In this document: one piece after another, positions 1 to 9,541 of the stretch | How positions within the stretch are numbered: the stretch's first letter is position 1 | How the letters are laid out: each line of letters opens with the position of its first letter | Assembly: GCA_964014485.1 (NCBI GenBank) | Contig: CAXHAT010000008.1 | Location: forward strand, 6,958 to 70,957 | DNA: 64,000 nt | Reading direction: 5' to 3' | DNA from: an uncultured Deferribacteres bacterium | GTDB lineage: Bacteria; Zhuqueibacterota; Zhuqueibacteria; Zhuqueibacterales; Geothermadaptataceae | Program-made: the position numbers and the translations under genes | Notes under the pieces: model-generated | What the model was told of the DNA's origin: nothing | Database searches by the model: none | The model's input: the letters and a program-made list of their open reading frames with translations, nothing else

Positions 1-151
1 GCAGGAAGGCGGACGAGAATTGCCCGACGCCTTGTGCAAAAAGACTTTGCGCGGATCCAAGGAGCGCAAAAAATATGACGACGTGGAAAAATGCGGTACG
101 TGCAAAACGCCGACATGCCGACGTTCCAATCCTGGATGGACGGTAAGGCAT
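1..151 (-). CDS. 5' part of a secreted or outer-membrane protein, probably PorV/PorQ family (runs off window start)
   Basis: Not in the ORF track. Manual translation from ATG at 151: MPYRPSRIGTSACRRFARTAFFHVVIFFALLGSAQSLFAQGVGQFSSAFL. Signal peptide ending LFA-Q, then a G-x-x-x-S-A-F-L segment like PorV N-termini. Starts 10 nt after a gene with a sorting-type C-terminus. Confidence 0.5.
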   Translation of the reverse strand, partial: MPYRPSRIGTSACRRFARTAFFHVVIFFALLGSAQSLFAQGVGQFSSAFL

Positions 152-161
152 AAATCGCTCT

Positions 162-3125
162 CTATTGATGAATGATGATAAATTTTCGAATGATGGAACG
201 TTCTTGAGCGGCGGCGACGCCGTCATTGAAACTGACGACGCATCTTGCCCAATATGTGCCGCTGGCCGCGACGGCGCCATTGTCCGTGAGCAAATCCCAC
301 CATGCGCCGCGGCTATCCACGAATCGATTTCGTTCAACCGTTTGTGTAATGTTGATTTGGTTACTGGAAACTGTGCGGATTTTTTCTCCGGCCAGATTGA
401 AAATTTCGACCCGCTGTAAGGCGACCGAACCTGCTCCGGCGAGTATGCGCATGCGAAAGTCATTACCGCCGTTGGTTCGAAAGGGATTTGGCGCAAAAAG
501 AATATCAAAAGCGCCTTCTACCGGAACCGTGATGGTGTCCGGTTCGACGCGTCGAGACAGCGAGAGCACAACTGGCCCGTCAACATATTCCGCGCCGATG
601 AAATTGCCGGGACGCGTCTGCATCACGCCGTCGTTCGGTGTGCTTACGGAAATATTCACCAGAGAAATTCCGCTCTGAGATAAAAACTCTCCAGATGAAA
701 AATCCGTTCCGCCAGGGGTGGGCAGCTCAAGAAGCATGACGTCTTCGCGATCATTGGTATCGTTATCAAAAAGTGTGGCAAAAATGGTGTCTTGCGCGGC
801 GGAAAGGTCGTGATCTCGTTCTTCCGCAACGCGCAAGAATAGTGTGTCTTGAAAGGCGATAAAGCTCGAATCCGGTATAACGCCGACGCGCGTTTCCATG
901 GTCAAAATGCCGGCCGTGAATTCCGTAACGGTCAATGTGTCTGAAGCAACATCAGTCGCGTTCGTTGGATCGACGTAGCGCACAACCAGGACGTCTCGAT
1001 CGCGCACTTCCATGAGGTTGTTTTGCGGATTGGGAGCATTGCCGACGGGCCAAATTACTGCCTCCATTCCCGTGAGCATTTCGTAGCTGCCGTTTTGCTG
1101 CAATTCGAGCGTGACAGTCTCAGAGTCCTGACTAGCTAACGAAAATACAATCGCCTGGGCGGTAGACAATACCGGGTTGAGATTGCCGTCTTCAAGGGAA
1201 ACGAAGAAAACGCCCCGGTTTTGCGCCGGTTCGTCCAACTGAACTGTACGCACCGAGTTGATCGGCATGTCGAAGGCGTCGACGAATTGAATTTCGGCGG
1301 TATCGTCAGGTGCGGTTTGCCAGGAGATTTGCCAATCGTCCAGGGCAGGCGAGGCTGAGGTGTTGTTGGTGATCAAAGTTGCTTGCAGACGAATTTTTTG
1401 TATGGTTCTTAACTCGTCAATGTCTGAGAGATCGAAGGTGTTGAGCGGCGTGCCGGGGTTTGCCAAAAAACGCCGCAGTACAGGCAAGGAATCGACTTCG
1501 GCATTTAAAATTGCGACTTCCATCGCGATTTCGTCGCGGACTTGCAAGTCCAACGGGAGAACTGAATTGAAAACCAATTCATCCCAGGTTGTAATAATGT
1601 TGCCTGTCGTGTCGGCGATTTCTTCAGACGTAAAAATCCCTGTCGTATCTGTACTGAAAAAACGATAGCTAATTGTGATTTGAGAAACATTGGGGATGCG
1701 CAGAGGATCATCCGATTGAAAAATCGCCCTGACTTGATAAAATCGATTGCCGTCAAGGAGTTGGTTGACGTCCTGGCCGACGGCGGTATGCGTTGTGTCA
1801 ACGTCATTGGGGCCTCGCCACTGCGCCGCGCCAATTTCCCCCAAAGAATTCCCGGTGCGTACCTGGAAATTTACTTTTGTTCCCGGCGGCTCGTCCGCTT
1901 CCCAGTTCAACTTAAGGAAATCGACCTGTCTGCCAAGATCAAAAGTCTGGGCGCTGACGATGTCGTTTTCCACTCTATAGCTTAATCGAAGAACGCTTTG
2001 TTCGCTGACGACAACGGTTTTGTCTTCGTCTTCGGCATGGTTTTGAATACGTTGAACAGCTTCAAGCCCGTTTAATTCCCCCAAAAATTCCCAGGTAATT
2101 TCATTGGCGTTATTGACCTGAAACACGCGACGATTACCGGAATCGGCGATAAGAATGTCGCCGTTATCCAAATAATCGGCGTCGACCGGAGTGTTCAGCG
2201 ACAAGTTGTCCGACCCAGGAACGCCGGTAGTACCGAATTGGCGAACCAATGTGTTGTTGTCAGGATCGATCAAAAGGACGCGGTGGTTGTCTCTGTCTGT
2301 AACCAAGATGCCTTCGGGCGTCCATTCAATGTCTACCGGACGATTAAAGGTTCCATAAGTCGCGTCGCCGTCATAAATGCGAACGGTTTGCAAGGTGGCT
2401 TTATCCACTCGAACCAAGCGATCATTGTCAGTATCGCAAATCAAAATATCGCCTGCCCCGGGGATAGCCAGCGCCGCTGAAGGACGATTGAGTGTTTCAA
2501 GTCCTGCGACCGTTGTGTCCGGATAGATCCATTCAACAAAGCCGGGGCCGCTCAATTCATCGAAAATGACGATGCGCTCCCTACCTTGATCCGTCAGCAT
2601 AAATTTAACTTTGTTTAAAACGCCTGGATCGACGCTGTTACCGTCAAACGCATAGGCTGAGTCGGCAACGAACGCGAAAACCGAAATGGGACGCTCGATT
2701 TGAAGAGAATCAGGATCGGGCTTAAATTCGGTTGGAAATCTTCCTGCTCTGTCGACGAACAGGATTTGGCCGTTGAAGGCGTCCGTAATAATATATCGGC
2801 CTTCTTCTAACGGGTGCAGCGCAATATTATTGACGTTTTGGGAAAGCTGTCTGTCAAATGCAAAGGTCGGATCGATGCCGCTTGGAAATAACTGGAACCC
2901 GGCGGCTTCTCGTGAACTGTCAACATTAAAATTCAATATGACGATGTCATCGATTGTGACCGCTCGCGTCAAAGTATCCGTCGCGAATTTCGCGAATGTG
3001 GGCTTGCCGTCAACGAACGAACCGGAGGATTGTGCGGCGGCGATTGACGCCAAAAAGAGAGAAAAAATAATCTGGGAAATAAAAAAAAGCGGGGAGTCCC
3101 CCGTACATTTCTTCCACATAATCAT
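162..3125 (-). CDS. Large secreted acidic protein: NHL-repeat beta-propeller, two beta-sandwich modules, Ig-like repeats and a C-terminal FlgD-like/T9SS sorting domain
   Basis: Signal peptide (LFLASIAAA-Q); NHL motifs LNRPSAA..ICDTDNDRL, FNRPVDI..VTDRDNHRV, LNTPVDA..IADSGNRRV; C-terminus FAPNPF..IFNLAGEKIRT..WD..DNG..ASGTY. Confidence 0.75.
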   Translation of the reverse strand: MIMWKKCTGDSPLFFISQIIFSLFLASIAAAQSSGSFVDGKPTFAKFATDTLTRAVTIDDIVILNFNVDSSREAAGFQLFPSGIDPTFAFDRQLSQNVNNIALHPLEEGRYIITDAFNGQILFVDRAGRFPTEFKPDPDSLQIERPISVFAFVADSAYAFDGNSVDPGVLNKVKFMLTDQGRERIVIFDELSGPGFVEWIYPDTTVAGLETLNRPSAALAIPGAGDILICDTDNDRLVRVDKATLQTVRIYDGDATYGTFNRPVDIEWTPEGILVTDRDNHRVLLIDPDNNTLVRQFGTTGVPGSDNLSLNTPVDADYLDNGDILIADSGNRRVFQVNNANEITWEFLGELNGLEAVQRIQNHAEDEDKTVVVSEQSVLRLSYRVENDIVSAQTFDLGRQVDFLKLNWEADEPPGTKVNFQVRTGNSLGEIGAAQWRGPNDVDTTHTAVGQDVNQLLDGNRFYQVRAIFQSDDPLRIPNVSQITISYRFFSTDTTGIFTSEEIADTTGNIITTWDELVFNSVLPLDLQVRDEIAMEVAILNAEVDSLPVLRRFLANPGTPLNTFDLSDIDELRTIQKIRLQATLITNNTSASPALDDWQISWQTAPDDTAEIQFVDAFDMPINSVRTVQLDEPAQNRGVFFVSLEDGNLNPVLSTAQAIVFSLASQDSETVTLELQQNGSYEMLTGMEAVIWPVGNAPNPQNNLMEVRDRDVLVVRYVDPTNATDVASDTLTVTEFTAGILTMETRVGVIPDSSFIAFQDTLFLRVAEERDHDLSAAQDTIFATLFDNDTNDREDVMLLELPTPGGTDFSSGEFLSQSGISLVNISVSTPNDGVMQTRPGNFIGAEYVDGPVVLSLSRRVEPDTITVPVEGAFDILFAPNPFRTNGGNDFRMRILAGAGSVALQRVEIFNLAGEKIRTVSSNQINITQTVERNRFVDSRGAWWDLLTDNGAVAASGTYWARCVVSFNDGVAAAQERSIIRKFIIIHQ

Positions 3126-3625
3126 TCCTTGAAGTACTGATTCAGAAAATTCCGTTTCGAAATATGCACCGATCTATTCCAGGCGCAGCTTTCGAAATAT
3201 ATGAGCCAGCAAGCTATGGAGGGGGATGTTGTCTTTTTTCAGAAAAAATTGCATGCAGTGTTGCTACTACTTTATTTTTCTGGACTTATGTGGTGCGTCG
3301 TCAAAGGAGAAAAGCGACGGCAAATATGAATAATAAAATGAGAAAAGTCAATAAAAAATAATACAATAAACCCTTTTTTCGCTCGGAAAACGCTCGCTCG
3401 AAAATAATGCTCAAAAAATCAGTTTTTACTGATCCAAATCCAAATATGCGTGAAGGCTTTTTTTGTGTCATTACTGTTATTTTTGGCTTTTATCTGCCGG
3501 GCAACTTCCTATATTCGATGCTGTTTAAGCCTGTCGCGAATATTGAGTGAATCTGCTAATTCTAATAACCCCGATTACTTTTTCCTGCACAAATGACTTT
3601 TAGCGGTTGAATTGATTGCACTGAC

Positions 3626-4360
3626 ATGCAGAACAAAAAACTGAAAGCAGTCTGTTTTGACTGGGGAAACACTATAGAAGTCGGCTCGCCGAAAGTTGTC
3701 GAAACTTTGCTGCATGTCTGGCAAAATCTCATCGAGGGCGTCAGCGTTAGAACTGTAACGGAAGCGCTGCAGGACGCCTGGATCGAATTGGCCAAGCTGA
3801 TTCCGACGGCAAAAGATCGCAAGGATATGACTGAGTTTCGGCAGATGATTTACGCCAGGCAAGCGGAAATGGTGGCGGCAAAGCTTGAAATAACTCCCGA
3901 CATTCCGGATTGGCCTTGGGTTTTCAACGTTTTTTTTAACGAGCATTACTACAAGAATCGTTCATGGACGATTCCCCGCTCGCACGCGCGACTTTTGCGA
4001 AAGCTGAGAGCGGCGGGCGTGCCGATGGCCGTTGTCGCAAATAATGACGATCCCGTTGAACTGCCCAAGCTCATTTCCGATTTGGGTTTGACCGGATTTT
4101 TTGAATTTGAATTGGCTTCGTCGTCATTTGGATACGGAAAACCCCATGAAGAACTTTATTTGTCCGTTCTGAACAAGCTGGATCTGAGAGCTGACGACGT
4201 GCTCTACGTGGGCGATGATTACCACAATGACTACTGGGGCCCTTCTCAAGTTGACATGTTCCCCGTTCTGTATGACCCCAAAAAACTCTACTGCAAAATA
4301 CCCTCCGTCCGCAGAATCGAGCGGCTTGAAGAAATTGCCGACATTATTTTGCCGGAATAA
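3626..4360 (+). CDS. HAD-superfamily hydrolase
   Basis: Motif I CFDWGNT, GKP motif III, YVGDDYHNDYWG motif IV. Confidence 0.85.
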   Translation: MQNKKLKAVCFDWGNTIEVGSPKVVETLLHVWQNLIEGVSVRTVTEALQDAWIELAKLIPTAKDRKDMTEFRQMIYARQAEMVAAKLEITPDIPDWPWVFNVFFNEHYYKNRSWTIPRSHARLLRKLRAAGVPMAVVANNDDPVELPKLISDLGLTGFFEFELASSSFGYGKPHEELYLSVLNKLDLRADDVLYVGDDYHNDYWGPSQVDMFPVLYDPKKLYCKIPSVRRIERLEEIADIILPE

Positions 4361-4390
4361 CACCCCGCCTTTTGGGCAAAGCTCCTGCCT

Positions 4391-5305
4391 CTAACGTAAT
4401 GAAAAATCGTGTGATACGCCTGCGCCAAACTGAGGCCCGGCGGGAAAGTCTTGCCCGGTTAAGGTGAAGCGAACGCCCCCTTCGATTCGAGTTTTTGAAG
4501 AAGTTGAGACGATAAGTGTCGGGGAAACGGTAAGCAGTTCGCGCCGCCAGAGAAAACGCGTATCGGGGGCGACGCGCCGTTTGGGACGCTCTCCCTGCAT
4601 CCACTCGAACGCGCTTTTTAACATCACGTTCTTGTGCACATTAAAACCAAATTCCGCGGTTGCAATAAACTCGTCGCCAAGAATATGCTCAAATCTTTCA
4701 TTGTCTCCTCGCCATCGATAACCTGCTCCGATGTTCACATAGCCACGAAACGGCCACAGCGATTTTCCCGCTTCAACCAAAAACTCATAATCGAATTGCC
4801 CTTCGCTCACATTCACAACTTCAGCGTCTATCGTGAATTTTCCAGTCGGGGCTTTCAGCGTCGTTTTTACGCTCGCCGCGAACGGCTTGGTCAAAAATTG
4901 ATATTTTACGCCAATCCGAACGTCGCCGACGCTCAAGCTGGCGGGGCGGTCAGGATCAGCGGAATTGGTGAATTGCAGGCTATAAAACGGCAATTGCAAG
5001 CTGATCTCAAACCGATCCGTCAGTCCATAGGCCGCGTCCAGAAAAATGGTGGCTGCGCGACTTTCACCGCCGGAAAACGGATCGAACGGCGCGCGATCGC
5101 CGGCAGTGGTGCAACCAGCTTCGTGGAACGCCAGCGATAATGCGTCCTGGGCGGAGCAAAAACGACGGTCTGTCGATTGATAAAAAAACGCGGATTTCAA
5201 CCACAACGTCCCTTTCGGCGTGGTCCAGCCGCCTGCGGAAAGCTCTCGGTGAATTCCAAACACCAGCAAAAAAAGAGAAAATTGCAGTATCGAGGGCCTT
5301 TTCAT
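4391..5305 (-). CDS. Outer-membrane beta-barrel protein (putative channel, MetA-pathway/transporter-like)
   Basis: Signal peptide, AYGLTDRFEI and GDVRIGVKYQF strands, KAPTG motif, amphipathic C-terminal strand. Confidence 0.6.
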   Translation of the reverse strand: MKRPSILQFSLFLLVFGIHRELSAGGWTTPKGTLWLKSAFFYQSTDRRFCSAQDALSLAFHEAGCTTAGDRAPFDPFSGGESRAATIFLDAAYGLTDRFEISLQLPFYSLQFTNSADPDRPASLSVGDVRIGVKYQFLTKPFAASVKTTLKAPTGKFTIDAEVVNVSEGQFDYEFLVEAGKSLWPFRGYVNIGAGYRWRGDNERFEHILGDEFIATAEFGFNVHKNVMLKSAFEWMQGERPKRRVAPDTRFLWRRELLTVSPTLIVSTSSKTRIEGGVRFTLTGQDFPAGPQFGAGVSHDFSLR

Positions 5306-5348
5306 TGGATGACCTATGAATAAACGAATAGAAGATTCTTCGATTGCG

Positions 5349-6248
5349 TCAAATAAACAAAATTATGGACAAGCCAATTCCATTCATGGCGACAGCGCCG
5401 AGAGAAAACGAGCAAAAAATGAGACAGTGTCGGCGGGATTCAGTAATGCGCGTTCGGAGCGTGTCGGCGCAAACTAAGAGAATGAATGGGACAAAAAAAG
5501 CTGTCAACGGCTCAAAATACGCTCCGTCGTTATGCAAAATCAGCATCAAAAGAAGCGCGATTGATCCGGCACATATTGCTAACCTTACAGCGCGTTTTTC
5601 GCCAAATGCGACGGGAATCGTGCTTTTCCCAATCTGCTCATCCGCCTTTTTATCAGGAATTCCGGTCGTAATCGCTGAGCACAATTGGAGCAGCGAATAG
5701 GACGCAAAAAACATGACGGAGTCGAGAGTCATTTGGTTGGTTTGCAAGTAAAATCCTGTCATGGGCAAAATCATTCCGCAGCCAAATACCTGCAAATATT
5801 CGCCGCCCCCGCGATAATTGAGCTTGAACGGCGGGAAGCTGTACATTCGAAAAATGAAAATTCCCGCGCAAACAAATCCGAGAATCCAAAACCTGTCGAA
5901 ATGAACCGCTGCTGAAATGTTCGTAAAAATGAGCGCGAAAAGCATAAAAACGCTCGCGCGGCGTAATTCTTCCGCCTTAATTTTCCCTTCGATTATTACG
6001 CCAGACCCGCCGGAAAAAGGCGTTCTGTTCTTGTTCGCAGCGTCCGCCCGTCGATCCGCGAAATCATTCGAAAAAATAATGTAAAGCTGGATGAGCACGG
6101 CCAGAAAGTTGGAAAAAATGAACTCCTGCCATTCGAAAACGCCGAGTTCTTTTAACGCCGTCGCCTGCCCGACCCAGAGCGGCAAGCCGACATTGACAAA
6201 CGCAGGCGGTCGCGCCGCTTTCACCCACGAAAGGATGTGATTTTTCAT
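5349..6248 (-). CDS. menA: UbiA-family prenyltransferase, MenA-like
   Basis: W-x-x-A-A-R-P start, NDFAD, TPFSGGSG, YSFPPFKLNYRGGGE, IPD-x-x-x-D-x-x-x-GKST; multiple TM helices. Confidence 0.7.
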   Translation of the reverse strand: MKNHILSWVKAARPPAFVNVGLPLWVGQATALKELGVFEWQEFIFSNFLAVLIQLYIIFSNDFADRRADAANKNRTPFSGGSGVIIEGKIKAEELRRASVFMLFALIFTNISAAVHFDRFWILGFVCAGIFIFRMYSFPPFKLNYRGGGEYLQVFGCGMILPMTGFYLQTNQMTLDSVMFFASYSLLQLCSAITTGIPDKKADEQIGKSTIPVAFGEKRAVRLAICAGSIALLLMLILHNDGAYFEPLTAFFVPFILLVCADTLRTRITESRRHCLIFCSFSLGAVAMNGIGLSIILFI

Positions 6249-6385
6249 TGCTTCGAGCGGGTTAAAAGCTTCGATCTGGAAATGTTTTCAGGGCTGCGCT
6301 TTTCGTGATTTTGGGCGCAACCAAGAGACGCCGTTTCATGTAGTCACTGGCCATAGAACTGAAGCCAGATTGAATTTAAGAGGTT

Positions 6386-6979
6386 TTGAACTTGCGAATC
6401 AGTAAAGAAGAATTTCGTCAAAAACCGTTTTATGTACACCAATTTCTCACAGATGCGCCTTTGCACGACGTTTGGCGGTTTAAGCTGCGGGGTGGGGAAA
6501 ATAAAACACTGAGAGACTTTAGACATTTGCTTGTGAGCGAGGGCGCTGAAGGGGCGAACCCGCTTGTTAAAATTTTATTCAGAATTCGCAGGTCAGTGGG
6601 CGTGTTGTTGGGGTGGGATGAAAAGTCGGAAGAAATGAAAGCGGCCTCATATGTTCACAAGTTGACCGATGAAGTGCGCAAGAAAACGATCACAGAGCCT
6701 GGTGCGCAAACCATCGGTCCTTTTGATGCAGTTTATGAATTTGAAAATGAAGCGCTGGACGAAGCCGTCAACGCGACGGTGCACAGTTTTTCGCTTATGG
6801 CGATGGAGTCAATCGACGACGGCTACCACGTCTATTGGGCAATCTATGTCAAAGAAACCGGGTTATTGACGCCAATTTATATGGCGTTCATCGCTCCGTT
6901 CAGGCGGTTCATCGTTTATCCTTCCATCATCAAAAAGTTAGAGCGGAAGTGGATTGAGCAAAATTCCAAGGCGGATTAA
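6386..6979 (+). CDS. DUF2867-like protein
   Basis: LHDVW, LFRIR..VG..LGWD, N-x-TVH, YMAFIAPFRRFIVYP pattern. Confidence 0.7.
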   Translation: MNLRISKEEFRQKPFYVHQFLTDAPLHDVWRFKLRGGENKTLRDFRHLLVSEGAEGANPLVKILFRIRRSVGVLLGWDEKSEEMKAASYVHKLTDEVRKKTITEPGAQTIGPFDAVYEFENEALDEAVNATVHSFSLMAMESIDDGYHVYWAIYVKETGLLTPIYMAFIAPFRRFIVYPSIIKKLERKWIEQNSKAD

Positions 6980-7743
6980 TGGATGTATTTTTTGAAAGCC
7001 GGGCCGATCTGTTTTTTTAGTTCCGTCAGGCGATTTAAGACCCGCTTGCGCGAGATGCTGATTTCCGGGTGCTCGGCGATTTCTTCCGCCGGCAGGCTGT
7101 CGTAAAAATACATTTGGAAAATGCGGCGATCGCGTTTTTCGTGGAGCTTCCCGCTGAGCATCGAATCAAGACAGCATTCGAGCGCTTCTTTCGTTTCAAC
7201 CATATCGCGGTCAGCAATCGCGTCACGAGATTCTAACACGTCTTCGTACTCGATCGCAGCGTCGTCATTTGTTGCGTAGGCCGGACTGCTCATAGAAACT
7301 TTTTTGTGTGAAGGAATGCGGCGTTGGGCGCGGCTGGCGTCGAAGCCCAGGTAGACGGTTCTTGTCGTCACGACTTCGATAAACTTGCTGAAAGATTGTT
7401 CCCATTCACCTTTGAAAGTCTTGAGCGGTTCGCAATTGTTTTTCACTAATTTTGCATAGACTTCCTGAGCCAGATCTTCGATTTGCGTCAAACCCGCCTT
7501 AAAACCGAGACGGCGACAAGTGCGTGCGGCAATGTAACATATTCGTTTGTGATAGCGCCTTGTAAATTCACGCCAGGCTGCGTGATCATCCGGTCTGCGC
7601 GCGATCAAGCGAACGAGGTCTAAATCCTTGAATCGCTTGAGCATAGCCGCGTTCAAATCTGCTTTGTTCGTTTTGAAATTCTCAGTCGTAAACCAGCCTG
7701 TATCTCCCAGGAAATGAATTGCTTGTGTTTGATTGGAATGCAT
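6976..7743 (-). CDS. ECF-type sigma-70 factor
   Basis: Region 2 (D-x-A-AW-x-EF..Y..IEDLAQEVY) and region 4 (RDRRIFQMYFYDSLPAEEIAE); RBS GGAGGA upstream. Confidence 0.8.
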   Translation of the reverse strand: MHSNQTQAIHFLGDTGWFTTENFKTNKADLNAAMLKRFKDLDLVRLIARRPDDHAAWREFTRRYHKRICYIAARTCRRLGFKAGLTQIEDLAQEVYAKLVKNNCEPLKTFKGEWEQSFSKFIEVVTTRTVYLGFDASRAQRRIPSHKKVSMSSPAYATNDDAAIEYEDVLESRDAIADRDMVETKEALECCLDSMLSGKLHEKRDRRIFQMYFYDSLPAEEIAEHPEISISRKRVLNRLTELKKQIGPAFKKYIH

Positions 7744-7836
7744 TTCTCTTCCTCCAGTTACCCGTTTGTTTTAGCGCCCTTTCTTTGAGAACTCTTCCTG
7801 TTCTCGAATCAACTCCCTGTCTCACTTGGCTATATT

Positions 7837-7851
7837 TCAATTTTGACGCCA
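7837..7851 (-). promoter_or_regulatory. Putative sigma54 (-24/-12) promoter for the ECF sigma gene
   Basis: Minus strand TGGCGTCAAAATTGA has the TGGC-N7-TTG(C) spacing, with A for the final C, about 95 nt upstream of the ATG. Confidence 0.4.
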
Positions 7852-8094
7852 AAACAACATTCTAAATTATAAGATATTGTTTTTTATAACTTTGAGATGA
7901 GTGAGCCGACTGCATTAAAAATCAAAAACTATCATTTTTACTAGGTATGAAAAATGATCAAATTGCCGGGTTCTTGTTTATTAAGAACTTAGGATTGAAA
8001 AATATTGGCCGTGCCCTTGTTCGGCGCCAGGATTTTGTAAATTTGGGGGATAATTTTGCCAAAAAGCTTTTGAAACGAGTGCATTTGAGGGAGA

Positions 8095-8132
8095 AATAAA
8101 AAAGCCGGGATCGTAGAAACGAGGCCCGGCTC
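8095..8132 (-). terminator. Rho-independent terminator after the sigma54 activator gene
   Basis: Minus strand AGCCGGG..CCCGGCT stem followed by a T-run. Confidence 0.7.
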
Positions 8133-8160
8133 AGAGGGAGGAGGAGTATTTGAAACGTCT

Positions 8161-9243
8161 TTATCTGTTATTTTTTTTCCATGAGGAGTGGGTGATGTTA
8201 TGGAATTGAATTTTATAATTCAACGCACGCGGAGAAACGCCCAACAACTCCGCCGCTTCCTTTTGCACCCAATTTTTTTCTTCCAGCGCCCGCAAGATGG
8301 CCTGCTTTTCAATTTCGGTGAGATTGAGCGTGTCCACCGAAAGCACCTCGTTCTCAGAGTGTTGGCGGCGTTCCGTACCGCCGGCGGCAAAATACTCTTT
8401 TCCCGGCAGGGACAGGTCTTGCGGTGAAATATGTCTGCCTTCGTCGGAAAGGAGCAGGGCGCGCTCAACCATGTTTTTGAGCTCGCGAATGTTGCCCGGC
8501 CAGGAATAGTTTTTCAACAAATCCATTGTTTCTTCAGAAAAACCGGCGCTTTTTTTGCGAATTTCCCGGACAAATTTGTTCATGAAAAAACGAGCGATCA
8601 AAGGAATGTCTTCGCGGCGTTTCCGCAGCGGCGGCACATTGAGCGTGACGACGTTTAAGCGGTAGTACAAATCCGCCCGAAAATTGCCTTTTTCAATTTC
8701 GTCCCACAAATCTTTGTTCGTCGCGGCAATCACCCGGACGTCGGCCTGGATGTCTTTGTTTCCGCCGACGCGCGTGAACGTTTGCTCCTGCAAGGCGCGC
8801 AAAATTTTCGCCTGCGTTGAAAGAGCCATGTCGCCGATTTCGTCTAAAAAGAGCGTTCCATTGTGCGCCTGTTCAAATTTGCCTTCACGCGTCGAGATCG
8901 CGCCTGTGAAAGCGCCTCGCTCATGTCCGAAAAGTTCACTTTCCAACAACTGCTCCGGCAATGCGGCGCAATTGACTTTTATAAAAGACTTTTCGGCGCG
9001 ATCGCTGATGAACTGCACAAGTCCGGCAATCAGTTCTTTTCCAGTACCAGTCTCTCCCTGAATCAAAACCGTGGCTTTACTGCGAGCCACTTTTTTGATA
9101 AGCTGGTAGATTTCCTTTATTTCCGGACTGCGGCTTACGATTGGATAATGATAATCAAAGCCGTAGTTTTTACCCCACGAAGAGGTCGGCAACGAATAAA
9201 TATCGTTTGGCGCGGCCTCTGGCGTCGGTGCGTCATTTGGCAT
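8161..9243 (-). CDS. Sigma54-dependent enhancer-binding protein (AAA+ and Fis HTH) with no N-terminal sensory domain
   Basis: GETGTGKE, ESELFGHERGAFTGA, LFLDEIG, FRADLYYRL, WPGNIREL, C-terminal AAELLGVS HTH; start moved to ATG 9243 (RBS GGAGAG). Confidence 0.9.
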   Translation of the reverse strand: MPNDAPTPEAAPNDIYSLPTSSWGKNYGFDYHYPIVSRSPEIKEIYQLIKKVARSKATVLIQGETGTGKELIAGLVQFISDRAEKSFIKVNCAALPEQLLESELFGHERGAFTGAISTREGKFEQAHNGTLFLDEIGDMALSTQAKILRALQEQTFTRVGGNKDIQADVRVIAATNKDLWDEIEKGNFRADLYYRLNVVTLNVPPLRKRREDIPLIARFFMNKFVREIRKKSAGFSEETMDLLKNYSWPGNIRELKNMVERALLLSDEGRHISPQDLSLPGKEYFAAGGTERRQHSENEVLSVDTLNLTEIEKQAILRALEEKNWVQKEAAELLGVSPRALNYKIQFHNITHSSWKKNNR

Positions 9244-9541
9244 AAATTGCTTTCTCTCCCGGTGCAAAGTTTGGTCGTTTTCGCCTGACTCGTCGGAGCC
9301 TCGGCGCATTGCAAGCCTCCCTAAACTTACCAAATCGAAACTATAGTACCGGCAAGCGCGGATTCCTGCGCGTTAATAAATTTTGGGAATTACAATTTTG
9401 AACGGAATGTAAAATCGTTCAGCGCAGCGAATGACAAATTTGTCCCATTCAAGGGTTTATTCCGTGGAAGGCTTTAACAATTATGAAAGGCGGGCAAGAT
9501 ATTTTGGGAATTTCAGCAGGAAAATCCCGGATCGCTGGCGA

